From the NCBI GenBank assembly GCA_964635715.1, contig CAZWNZ010000003.1, positions 37,153 to 101,152 of the forward strand: a DNA stretch of 64,000 bases, read 5' to 3'. Origin of the DNA: an uncultured Gammaproteobacteria bacterium. Lineage in GTDB: Bacteria > Patescibacteriota > Microgenomatia > UBA8517. This document shows, piece after piece, positions 37,796 to 46,657 of the stretch (position 1 is its first letter; each line of letters starts with the position of its first letter). Under the pieces are notes generated by a model. It saw nothing but the letters and a program-made list of their open reading frames with translations, ran no database searches and had not been told where the DNA came from. Both the position numbers and the translations under genes were made by a program.

Positions 37796-37967
37796 ACTTA
37801 CATCTTGTTGGGAATATTTTCTATAAATTTTTTTTGCCGGAATTTTTTCTAAATAACCAATTTCATCCTTTGAAAGCATAGCCAATTCTAACATTTGTGA
37901 CCAAGCAATTTACAAGAATCATCAAATACTTTATTATTTGTTTACGTTAGTTTTAAAGGGGGTGAGG

Positions 37968-38660
37968 ATGTTGAAAAAAATCTATTTAACTTTAACTTTA
38001 GTATTTACTTTAGGTTTTTTGGCGGTTGTTTTTAATGGAAATAGCTTTGCCAAAGCACAGACATCTGCTGGCAACCAGAATGATTTAAGAATTGAAGTAG
38101 ATACAGCTTCCCCTACGGGCAATCAAACTCAAAATCAGGTAAGCACTCAAAATATGGGTGAAGATACAAACTTGCAGGTAAGAACCGAAGAGCAGGAAAG
38201 CACAGGAGCCGGCAACGGAACGGGTTTGGAAAACAAAAATCCAAACGCCGTTGAACACATGAGCATTGTTGCACAAAGAGTGCAGGAATTGCTTCAGGTG
38301 AAGACAAAGGGCGGAATTGGTGATCAGGTAAGAATAATTGCCCAAGATCAAAATCAAGCGCAAGACCAAATACAAGCCCGTCTTGATAAAATAGAGGCTA
38401 AGGGCAATTTAGTAAAGTCGCTTTTTGGCTCGGATTATAAAGCCATTAAAGATCTGAAGCAGCTGCTCGAGCAAAATCAGTTGAGGATTCAAGAACTGCA
38501 GCAGTTAATGAATCAAGTTACAAACGAAGCTGATGAAGCAACTATCCAAGAAACAATAGAAGCTTTAACTCAGGAAAACATTTCTTTGCAGGAAATTATT
38601 TCCTCGGAAGAAAGTATGAAGAGTCTTTTTGGATGGTTAGTCAAACTTTTTGTTAATTAG
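37968..38660 (+). CDS. secreted Gln-rich coiled-coil protein, hypothetical
   Basis: Strong SD (aaagggggtgagg) precedes the ATG at 37968. Signal/TM helix, then Q/E-rich heptad-like sequence. Confidence 0.45.
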   Translation: MLKKIYLTLTLVFTLGFLAVVFNGNSFAKAQTSAGNQNDLRIEVDTASPTGNQTQNQVSTQNMGEDTNLQVRTEEQESTGAGNGTGLENKNPNAVEHMSIVAQRVQELLQVKTKGGIGDQVRIIAQDQNQAQDQIQARLDKIEAKGNLVKSLFGSDYKAIKDLKQLLEQNQLRIQELQQLMNQVTNEADEATIQETIEALTQENISLQEIISSEESMKSLFGWLVKLFVN

Positions 38661-38670
38661 TTAGTTTGAA

Positions 38671-38714
38671 AAACAAGCAATCTTTTGATTGAAGGGGATT
38701 GCTTGTTTTGTTGT
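38671..38714 (+). terminator. rho-independent terminator-like hairpin
   Basis: AAACAAGCAATC ... GATTGCTTGTTT perfect 12-bp stem followed by tgttgt, directly after the 38660 stop. Confidence 0.5.
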
Positions 38715-38726
38715 ATAATTACTTTC

Positions 38727-39260
38727 ATGGAAGAACAAAGCACTCAGTCCTCGGGAAATAAATTTATTCCTGTTTTGATATTTTTAGCAACACTCCTTGT
38801 TGTTGGGGCAATTTACCTTGTTGTTAACAAAAAAGATAGCAATCAGTACTTACAAACAACCGACCAGTCTGGTACTATTGACTCGAATGTTGAATCTGAA
38901 GAAATTGTTTCTTCTGAAGAAGAAATGGAAAAAGTAACTGAATTAAAAATTGAAGATGAAGTTGTCGGAACGGGAACTGAGGCGATTTCCGGGAAAACTG
39001 TAACAGTAAATTATTTGGGCACTCTTACAGATGGGACAAAATTTGATAGTTCTTATGACCGGAATGAACCCTTCAGTTTTACTCTTGGTGCAGGGGAGGT
39101 TATTGAAGGTTGGGACAAAGGAGTAGTTGGAATGAAGATTGGTGGAAAAAGAAAACTAACGATCCCATCCTCAATGGCTTATGGTGACAGTGGTATTTCC
39201 GGCGCTATCCCCGGAGGTGCAACATTGGTTTTTGAAGTTGAACTTCTCAAAGTTGAATAG
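38727..39260 (+). CDS. FKBP-type peptidyl-prolyl cis-trans isomerase
   Basis: [58 protein letters not shown] core. The start is trimmed to the ATG after the terminator hairpin. Confidence 0.8.
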   Translation: MEEQSTQSSGNKFIPVLIFLATLLVVGAIYLVVNKKDSNQYLQTTDQSGTIDSNVESEEIVSSEEEMEKVTELKIEDEVVGTGTEAISGKTVTVNYLGTLTDGTKFDSSYDRNEPFSFTLGAGEVIEGWDKGVVGMKIGGKRKLTIPSSMAYGDSGISGAIPGGATLVFEVELLKVE

Positions 39261-40358
39261 ATGTCACAACTCTTTTTTAAGTCTAAGAATGGCAATATCC
39301 CTCTACCTCTATTTTTTCCTGATGCAACACGCGGTGTCATAAGATCTTTAGACACCGGTGATATAGAATCTACAAAAACAAATGGAATTTTAGTAAATAC
39401 TTTTCATCTTTGGCAGGAACTTGGTGGAGATGTTCTGGAGAAGTTTGGAGGTATTGGGAATTTTATGAATTTTTCCGGTGGAATTATTTCCGATTCAGGA
39501 GGTTTCCAAGTAATGTCCGTAATTAAATCAGGCGCTCTTAAGGGACGGATTACGGATGAGGGTGTGATTTTTCATCCAACCAAAAAAACCAAAAAGATAC
39601 TGACTCCCGAAAAGTCGATAGAATTTCAAATAAAACTAAAAACAGACATGGTCGTTGTACTGGATGACTTTACAGATCCCAAATACTCGTATGAAGAGGC
39701 GAAAGATTCTGTTGAAAGGACTATTCTTTGGGCAAAGCGCAGTAAAGATGAGTTTGAAAAGCTTTGTAAAAGTAAAAAAATAAGCGAGAAAGAAAAACCT
39801 TACATTCTAGGAGTGGTTCAAGGAGGGAAATACCAGGATCTTAGAAAATATTGCGCCGAAGAATTGGTAAAAATCGGCTTTGATGGTTTGGGTTATGGAG
39901 GTTGGCCAATTAATGATGAGGGTGATTTTGATTATGAATCTGCTAAAACTATTGCTGACAATACACCCAAAGATTATTTCCTCTATGGACTTGGTGTAGG
40001 AAAACCTGAAGAAGTTGTTGCCTTAAATAAAATGGGTTTTAACATCTTTGATTGTGTTCTTCCCACCCGCGACGCCAGGCACGGCAGACTTTATGTTTAT
40101 AACGCAAATTGTATAGAAGAAATTGATGTTCATAAACCGAACTTTTATTCTTTTTACACTCCCGACAAAGAAAGACATTATAAAGACAAATCACCGGTAA
40201 GTCTTGCGTGCAATTGTTTGCTTTGCAAAAGATATTCCAGATCGTATCTTGCCCACCTTTTCAAGATTGGAGATTTTACCGCAGGAAGATTAGCAACAAT
40301 CCATAACTTACGATTTTACTCGCTACTAATGGAGAAACTAGACTTGACAAATCCGTGA
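39261..40358 (+). CDS. tgt: queuine tRNA-ribosyltransferase (tRNA-guanine transglycosylase)
   Basis: SDSGGFQ substrate-binding motif, IFDCVLPTRDARHG nucleophile region, C-terminal CxCxxC...H zinc site (CNCLLCKRYSRSYLAHL). Confidence 0.85.
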   Translation: MSQLFFKSKNGNIPLPLFFPDATRGVIRSLDTGDIESTKTNGILVNTFHLWQELGGDVLEKFGGIGNFMNFSGGIISDSGGFQVMSVIKSGALKGRITDEGVIFHPTKKTKKILTPEKSIEFQIKLKTDMVVVLDDFTDPKYSYEEAKDSVERTILWAKRSKDEFEKLCKSKKISEKEKPYILGVVQGGKYQDLRKYCAEELVKIGFDGLGYGGWPINDEGDFDYESAKTIADNTPKDYFLYGLGVGKPEEVVALNKMGFNIFDCVLPTRDARHGRLYVYNANCIEEIDVHKPNFYSFYTPDKERHYKDKSPVSLACNCLLCKRYSRSYLAHLFKIGDFTAGRLATIHNLRFYSLLMEKLDLTNP

Positions 40359-40372
40359 CATAGTGTCTATAC

Positions 40373-41035
40373 TTGCGCACTACTATGGAAGAGGCTCAAA
40401 ATCAATCTCAAGGATTTTCCCAGGGGACTCCACAACCGGGGGAAGACAGAGTTTCTTTTCCCACTGTCGGCAGCGATAAAAAAAATGGCGGCGCAAAAAC
40501 ACTTTTGATCATTGGTATTCTGATATTGGTTGGGATTTTAGGCTATGTGATTTATAAAAGTGCATCCGGCAACAATGAGGATACTGCTTTAACAGAACCG
40601 ACCTCTTATGAAAATATGGCAGCTCCCGACGAAAATCCTGTTCCAACCGAAACTCCAATTCCCGAATCGTCACTAACAGCTGAAGATAGAGAGGACGTTA
40701 CCATACAAGTACAGAATGGAACCGGAGTATCAGGTGAAGCAGCTTATTTAAAGGATATATTGGAGGATATGGGTTATTCGGAAGTAGCCACAAGTAACTC
40801 TGCTTCTCAGGATGCTACATCCACTAAGGTTAGTTTTTCAAGCTCGGTCTCAGCAGCTGTCAAAAGCGAGATAATCGCAAAGCTGAACTCTTTGTATAAG
40901 AGTGTTAGCGAAACAAGTTCAACAAGTTCCTCATATGATGTTGTCGTAATAACAGGTTTGAAGAAAGGCGCTACTGCAAAACCTTCGGCTTCACCTTCTG
41001 CTTCTCCGACCCCAACTGCTACCCCCGAGGATTAA
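40373..41035 (+). CDS. LytR_C (LytR/CpsA/Psr C-terminal) domain protein
   Basis: TM helix, PT-rich linker, VTIQVQNGTGVSGEAAYLKDILEDMGY LytR_C-like motif. Confidence 0.5.
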   Translation: MRTTMEEAQNQSQGFSQGTPQPGEDRVSFPTVGSDKKNGGAKTLLIIGILILVGILGYVIYKSASGNNEDTALTEPTSYENMAAPDENPVPTETPIPESSLTAEDREDVTIQVQNGTGVSGEAAYLKDILEDMGYSEVATSNSASQDATSTKVSFSSSVSAAVKSEIIAKLNSLYKSVSETSSTSSSYDVVVITGLKKGATAKPSASPSASPTPTATPED

Positions 41036-41064
41036 TATATTTTCGATTATGCTAAAATGAGTGT

Positions 41065-41523
41065 ATGAATGGCTTGCCCAAGATACCTTCAGGTCAATTT
41101 GATTTTAATATAGGAGGCATTACTATCCCTATACAATATTGGCAAGTGACTGCAATAATAGCCTTTGTTTTTGTTGTAGTTCTTCTTTTAGCCAAACTTC
41201 GGCGACACAGGGTTGACTGGTCGTTTAAAGGTGTGGCCTTCGGAGTATTTTTTGGATTCCTTTTGGCTTTGTTTATGGAAGGGTTTTTGATAATTGGAGG
41301 AAGAACCGCTTTAACATCAGTTTTAGGCTGGGAAAATCCACCTCCGTTTTTGGCCACCGCCCTTGATTCAGGTAAAAACAAGCTGGTGCAAGTTTTGGGG
41401 ATAAAAGACCAAATCCCATCTTCTTTTGCCAGTGAGAATGTTACCGCGAACGATGCTATAGAAATTTTACAGAGATTAAATCCAGCTGATACAAAAACTG
41501 TCAAATCAGTTTACTGTAGGTAA
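41065..41523 (+). CDS. membrane protein, hypothetical
   Basis: Three hydrophobic helices. Confidence 0.4.
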   Translation: MNGLPKIPSGQFDFNIGGITIPIQYWQVTAIIAFVFVVVLLLAKLRRHRVDWSFKGVAFGVFFGFLLALFMEGFLIIGGRTALTSVLGWENPPPFLATALDSGKNKLVQVLGIKDQIPSSFASENVTANDAIEILQRLNPADTKTVKSVYCR

Positions 41524-41594
41524 TTTCTCTGTTTTCTTTTCCTCTTTTACCCTCCACCTTTCACCTTTTACCTAGTTTAGGTATACTTCAAGGT

Positions 41595-42650
41595 ATGAAA
41601 GAAGAAAAACAAACACCTGAGGAATTAATAATAAGGTTGCAAAAATTAATTGAGGTAACCCGGCTTTCTGAAAAGAAAGAAAAAATTATTGATTTGGAAG
41701 CCAAAGTTTCTGAACCTGATTTGTGGAATAATCCGGAAAACGCAAAAGCCTTAACACAGGAACTCTCCGATTTGAAAAAAGAGATAGAGGAAGTGGAGGA
41801 ACTTTCAGAAACATTGGAGATTTTAAAGCAAGTTAAGGATGAAAAAGAACTGGTAAAAGCCGAGAGGGATCTTGCCAAGCTTGAGCTTTTGTCTTATCTT
41901 TCTGGCGACTATGATGCCAAAAATGCTCTAATATCAATTCACGCGGGACAAGGTGGTACTGAAGCTATGGATTGGACAGGAATGCTTTATAGAATGTATT
42001 TAAGATTTTGTGAGCGTAAAGACTGGGGTACTCAAACTTTAGATTATACTGCGGGGGAAGAAGCTGGAGTTAAAAGCGTTACCTTTAAAGTTTCCGGTCA
42101 TTATGCTTATGGATACCTCAAGGGTGAAGCCGGTACTCACAGATTGGTCCGCCAATCTCCTTTTAATGCAGATAAATTAAGACAGACCTCTTTTGCATTA
42201 GTTGAGGTTATGCCTGAACTTGAAGATATGGATCTTAAAGATCTCCAAATAAAAGATGACGATTTGGACTGGCAATTTATTCATGCCGGCGGCCATGGTG
42301 GACAGAATGTTAACAAAGTGGCAACAGCTGTAAGACTTACACATATACCTACCGGAATTGTTATCACAGCGTCAACAGAGCGATTCCAGGAGCAGAATAG
42401 AAAAGCTGCTTTGGACTTATTGCGTGGTAAACTTTGGCTGAGACAGCAGGAAGTTGAGAAGGGTCTTAAAAAGGAGATTAAAGGAGATTATCGTCCGGCT
42501 TCGTGGGGTACCCAAATCAGAAGCTATGTTTTGCACCCGTATAAAATGATTAAAGATCTTCGGACTGAAGTCGAAACTGGAAATACGGTGGCGGTACTGG
42601 ATGGAGAAATTGATGAGTTTGTTGATGCTGAACTAAAACTGAAAATATAA
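41595..42650 (+). CDS. prfB: peptide chain release factor 2
   Basis: SPF tripeptide (RQSPFNA) and GGQ motif (GGHGGQNVNK). Single uninterrupted ORF; no CTT TGA frameshift site near codon 25. Confidence 0.9.
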   Translation: MKEEKQTPEELIIRLQKLIEVTRLSEKKEKIIDLEAKVSEPDLWNNPENAKALTQELSDLKKEIEEVEELSETLEILKQVKDEKELVKAERDLAKLELLSYLSGDYDAKNALISIHAGQGGTEAMDWTGMLYRMYLRFCERKDWGTQTLDYTAGEEAGVKSVTFKVSGHYAYGYLKGEAGTHRLVRQSPFNADKLRQTSFALVEVMPELEDMDLKDLQIKDDDLDWQFIHAGGHGGQNVNKVATAVRLTHIPTGIVITASTERFQEQNRKAALDLLRGKLWLRQQEVEKGLKKEIKGDYRPASWGTQIRSYVLHPYKMIKDLRTEVETGNTVAVLDGEIDEFVDAELKLKI

Positions 42651-42652
42651 AT

Positions 42653-43117
42653 TTGCGTTTTTGTCTTTTAGGGTGTTATATTGAGAATTACATGGAACCT
42701 CATAATAATCAGGGCGGTAAAAAGAAATGGCCGTATATTTTAGGATCTCTTTTGATTGTTTTGGCAGGAATCGGAACTGCTTGGTTTATTTCTTCGAAAA
42801 CGAATATTGGGACAGGTTCCGGATCGGAAGCAGCTCCTGGAGTTAAAGTCACTTCTACCGAAGCAGGCAAGCTTGATCCTAATATTAAATACGACACTGC
42901 AACAGGTGTTCTGGAAGAAGGGGGTATTGCAGGAGAGGGAACCTATCATCTTGCGCGCAATGGTGGAGGATCTTCTAAAGATGTAGCACTTACATCCAGC
43001 ACAGTGAGTCTTGATCCATTTTTAGGCAAAACGGTTGAAATTTGGGGCGAAACAATATCTTCAACAAGGCCCGGCGGATGGCTAATGGACGTTGCCAAAA
43101 TAAAAGTTGCTGAGTGA
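42653..43117 (+). CDS. hypothetical membrane-anchored secreted protein
   Basis: Single TM helix, then a Gly/Ser/Thr-rich soluble part. Confidence 0.4.
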   Translation: MRFCLLGCYIENYMEPHNNQGGKKKWPYILGSLLIVLAGIGTAWFISSKTNIGTGSGSEAAPGVKVTSTEAGKLDPNIKYDTATGVLEEGGIAGEGTYHLARNGGGSSKDVALTSSTVSLDPFLGKTVEIWGETISSTRPGGWLMDVAKIKVAE

Positions 43118-43161
43118 TTATTAGGACTGGCGTAATTCGTTTTCACCTGCTAGTCTAAATT

Positions 43162-43947
43162 ATGTCTCAAGAAGAGCCTATTTTAATAAGTTTTAAAAAT
43201 GTATCTAAGTCATATGGTTCTATTGTGGCGTTGGATGATGTTTCCCTCGAAGTTAGAAAAGGGGAATTTGTATTTTTAACAGGGCCTTCAGGTTCCGGCA
43301 AAACCACGATTTTAAAATTGATTTTAGGAGAAATCATACCCAACAAAGGTGAAGTTAAGGTAGAAAATCTCGATGTGGCTAATTTGATTGAAAAAGATAT
43401 ACCTTTATTCCGACAGAAAATCGGTGTAATTTTTCAGGATTTTAAAGTTCTTCCTGACCGCACTGTATACGAAAATGTGGCTGTTGCTTTAGCTGTGATT
43501 GGACTTTCCGAGAATGAATGGGAAGAGAGAGTGAAGCATGTTTTAAATCTTGTTGGCTTGGAGAATCAGATGAATATGTTTCCATCTCAGCTTTCCGGAG
43601 GAGAATTACAAAGGGTATCTCTTGCCAGGGCTCTTTCAGTTAACCCCAAAATTATTTTGGCAGACGAACCAACGGGCAATCTTGATTGGGAGACATCAGA
43701 CGTTTTAATGAGGCTTCTTGAAAAAATCAACAAAGAAGGAAAAACTGTGATTATGGCCACTCACAATATGGAGATAGTAGATAAATACAAGAAGAGAGTA
43801 ATTCATGTTGAAAAACCTAAGCTGTCGATTAAAGAAGAAAAAGATGCCGATGAAATAAAGAAACACAAAAACGAAAATGAAAACAAAAAGAAGGAGAATG
43901 ATTCCAAAAAGAATGTTGTCGATGATGATAAAATAAAAGATCAATGA
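43162..43947 (+). CDS. ftsE: cell-division ABC ATPase FtsE (with Lys/Glu/Asn-rich C-terminal tail)
   Basis: Walker A GPSGSGKTT, signature LSGGELQRVSLARAL, Walker B ILADEPTGNLD. Confidence 0.85.
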   Translation: MSQEEPILISFKNVSKSYGSIVALDDVSLEVRKGEFVFLTGPSGSGKTTILKLILGEIIPNKGEVKVENLDVANLIEKDIPLFRQKIGVIFQDFKVLPDRTVYENVAVALAVIGLSENEWEERVKHVLNLVGLENQMNMFPSQLSGGELQRVSLARALSVNPKIILADEPTGNLDWETSDVLMRLLEKINKEGKTVIMATHNMEIVDKYKKRVIHVEKPKLSIKEEKDADEIKKHKNENENKKKENDSKKNVVDDDKIKDQ

Positions 43948-44858
43948 GCACCCATTTTAAAACTGCATGGAGTTACATTAGAAGATCCCCATTTCAGGCT
44001 CTTGCTGCCTCATTTGTTTTAACACTGACATTTTTTGTTACAACAATTGTTTCTGTTTTGGTTTATTCATCGTCAAAATTAATTACTTATTTTGAAACCA
44101 GGCCTCAGGTCATAGCTTTTTTGAAAAGTGATGCTGGCGATACAGATGTGGCAAACCTTCAGCATAAATTGGAAGAGAATCTATATATCGAAGACGTCAA
44201 ATATGTAAGCAAAGAAGAGGCACTGGCAATATATAAAAATGCAACCAGCGACAATCCCCAACTGGGGGAGTTGGTAAGCCCTTCTGTTTTTCCATCATCA
44301 CTAGAATTTTCAGTATCGGATTTATCTTTCGCCCAAAGCGTAATCGATGAGGTAAAGGCGGAAAGTATTGTTGAGTCGGTTGGTTTTACGGCCGCCATTG
44401 GCGGAGAAGCCAGCTTGGGTGATGTAATCAGCCGTCTTAAAACAATTACAACATATGTGAGAATAGGCGGACTCATATTTGTCGGTCTTTTGGCAATTAC
44501 TTCTTTAGTTATCCTTCTGGTCGTAACCAGTATGCGCGTTGTCAAAAGGAGGGAAGAAGTAGAAATACTCAAGTTAATTGGTGCCTCCAAAGGTTTTATT
44601 AGAAGCCCATTGGTTATTGAGGCTTTTATATATACGCTTTCCGGAGTATTTTTTGGCTGGGCAATCGCTTTCATTGCAGTTCTCTATCTTTCGCCGTCGG
44701 TGGTGACATATTTTGGCACCATTCCAATTCTTCCGAAAGATATACTGGGGTTATTTGAGCTTTTTGGCGTAATTCTGGGGATAGAACTATTGGGCGGTTC
44801 AATTTTAGCATCAGGTGGAAGTTTGATGACCATATCCAGGGTTAAAAAGATGAGATGA
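43944..44858 (+). CDS. ftsX: cell-division permease-like protein FtsX
   Basis: N-terminal TM, large extracellular loop, three C-terminal TM helices. Its start overlaps the ftsE stop. Confidence 0.75.
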   Translation: MSTHFKTAWSYIRRSPFQALAASFVLTLTFFVTTIVSVLVYSSSKLITYFETRPQVIAFLKSDAGDTDVANLQHKLEENLYIEDVKYVSKEEALAIYKNATSDNPQLGELVSPSVFPSSLEFSVSDLSFAQSVIDEVKAESIVESVGFTAAIGGEASLGDVISRLKTITTYVRIGGLIFVGLLAITSLVILLVVTSMRVVKRREEVEILKLIGASKGFIRSPLVIEAFIYTLSGVFFGWAIAFIAVLYLSPSVVTYFGTIPILPKDILGLFELFGVILGIELLGGSILASGGSLMTISRVKKMR

Positions 44859-44870
44859 TAGAATTATGCA

Positions 44871-46049
44871 ATGGAATATGTTTTTAAAAAAAGTTTTTTA
44901 CTTCTTAGCGTCCTTCTAATATTTTTTGCATTTACAAAAAATGCTTATGCACAAACTTGCGGTAGCTTGGATGAATGCAGCACTTTAATTAAGCAATATG
45001 AGGAACAGATTACTAAACTTCAAGGTCAGGCAAGCACTTTGAAAAATCAAATTGCCCAATTTGATACACAGATAAAATTAACCTCACTTAAGATTGCCCA
45101 AACCGAAGAACAAATAAAGATGCTTGGGGGAAGAATTGACCAACTTGGAGATTCGTTAAATTCTTTGACGGAAGCATTTAACGCCAGGGCGGTGGAGACT
45201 TATAAATTATCAAAAATAGAAAATAATATTGTTTTGATTCTTTCCGTGGGCAATTTGGAGGAAGTTGTCACAAAGTTTCATTATTTACAGAGAATTCAGG
45301 AGGAGGACCAAAATTTACTTATAAGACTTGAACAAGCCCAGACAACTTACGAGGGTGAAAAAACAGAGCAGGAAACTTTGCAAGCCCAGCTTGAAACCCA
45401 AAAGACAAATCTAAATTCGCAAAAAACTGCAAAGAATAGTCTCCTGTCAGCTACTAAAAATGATGAGTCTAAATATCAAAGTTTACTTAGCCAAGCCAAA
45501 GCGCAGCTTGCTGCTTTCCAAAGCTATGTTACCAGACAGGGTGGAGCATCTATTCTTAGTGGGCAGACAAAATGTAATGATTGGGGATGTTATTACAATC
45601 AAAGGGATGCTGAATGGGGAAATATCGGGTTAGGAGGTTCGTCATATACGGTTGCAAATTATGGGTGCTTGGTTACTTCCGTTTCAATGTTGGCAAGTCA
45701 CTATGGTAAAAATATTAAACCGGGTGATATAGCTGTCAGTAGCGATGCTTTTGTTCCGGGTACCGGTTACCTATATCATTCATTTTTTGCCAATGGTGTT
45801 TCTATTTCCGTGTCGGCTGTTTCCAAAAGCCTGCTCGATTCGGAACTTGCGGCAGGACGACCTGTGATAGCAGGTCTTTACTCCGGGCCTGACCATTTTA
45901 TCGTTATCGTTAGAAAAGACGGAGATAACTATATAATGAAAGATCCGTTTTTGGAAAACGGAGCTGGTTCCGATGGAAATGGTAGACCGTTGACCGATGA
46001 ATATAGTGCCTCCGATATAACAAGTTTGCGCTTGGTAAGCTTCAACTAA
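44871..46049 (+). CDS. secreted coiled-coil protein with C-terminal C39-like/papain-like cysteine peptidase domain (PcsB/EnvC-like)
   Basis: Signal peptide and ~200 aa of Q/E/L-rich coiled-coil. The C-terminal YGCLVTSVSMLASHYG segment has Cys and His spaced as in Peptidase_C39-like domains. Confidence 0.5.
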   Translation: MEYVFKKSFLLLSVLLIFFAFTKNAYAQTCGSLDECSTLIKQYEEQITKLQGQASTLKNQIAQFDTQIKLTSLKIAQTEEQIKMLGGRIDQLGDSLNSLTEAFNARAVETYKLSKIENNIVLILSVGNLEEVVTKFHYLQRIQEEDQNLLIRLEQAQTTYEGEKTEQETLQAQLETQKTNLNSQKTAKNSLLSATKNDESKYQSLLSQAKAQLAAFQSYVTRQGGASILSGQTKCNDWGCYYNQRDAEWGNIGLGGSSYTVANYGCLVTSVSMLASHYGKNIKPGDIAVSSDAFVPGTGYLYHSFFANGVSISVSAVSKSLLDSELAAGRPVIAGLYSGPDHFIVIVRKDGDNYIMKDPFLENGAGSDGNGRPLTDEYSASDITSLRLVSFN

Positions 46050-46163
46050 CTTTCACTGATGATAGCGTTAATGAATGATACAAAGATTTAATATTATTAA
46101 TATATTCATCATTTCATTTATGTGTTAGTATATAATTACGATAGTAACTAATCTACAAAACCC

Positions 46164-46192
46164 TGTTTCACTGATTCAAATCAGTAAAACAG
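46164..46192. promoter_or_regulatory. 14-nt-arm inverted repeat with core TGATTCAAATCA, 13 nt upstream of the YerC/TrpR-like gene
   Basis: CTGTTTCACTGATT-ca-AATCAGTAAAACAG (one mismatch). Confidence 0.45.
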
Positions 46193-46204
46193 TGATCTGC
46201 TGAA

Positions 46205-46648
46205 ATGGCAAGAATATCTAAATATCCGATTTCTAACGATGTGTATAAAAGAATATCAGATATATTTTTATGGGTATTGGTGAACCTAAGATCCAAAAAC
46301 GAATCATTAAACTTTGTCAATGAATTTTTAACTCCAACTGAAAGAATAATGTTGGCCAAAAGATTAGCAATCAGTCTACTTCTAGCAAAAGAATATAGTT
46401 ATAGAGATATTTCAAGAACTCTCCGAGTCAGTACTGCGACAATAGGAACAGTGTCTACTCAATATAAATACGGTTCCGTTCTGAAAAAATTAGTTTTTAT
46501 TCTTTTGGAAGATGAAAAGTTAGAAGACTTTTGGTTATCTGTTGGTGAAACAATATCTTCAATAGGATTAATTGGTGGTAAGGGTGCTGGAAGTTGGAGA
46601 TATCTGAATACAGAAATAAAGAAAAAACGTTCTCAAAAAGCGTTCTAA
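46205..46648 (+). CDS. TrpR-related YerC/YecD-family DNA-binding protein
   Basis: LTPTERIMLAKRLAISLLLAKEYSYRDISRTLRVSTATI helix-turn-helix pattern typical of the YerC/YecD (Trp-repressor-like) family. Confidence 0.45.
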   Translation: MARISKYPISNDVYKRISDIFLWVLVNLRSKNESLNFVNEFLTPTERIMLAKRLAISLLLAKEYSYRDISRTLRVSTATIGTVSTQYKYGSVLKKLVFILLEDEKLEDFWLSVGETISSIGLIGGKGAGSWRYLNTEIKKKRSQKAF

Positions 46649-46657
46649 TTTGTATCA

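Noticed and set aside
41595-41700. Programmed +1 frameshift in prfB
   Set aside because: The ORF is continuous from its ATG and no CTT TGA C site is present; reported as an observation only.
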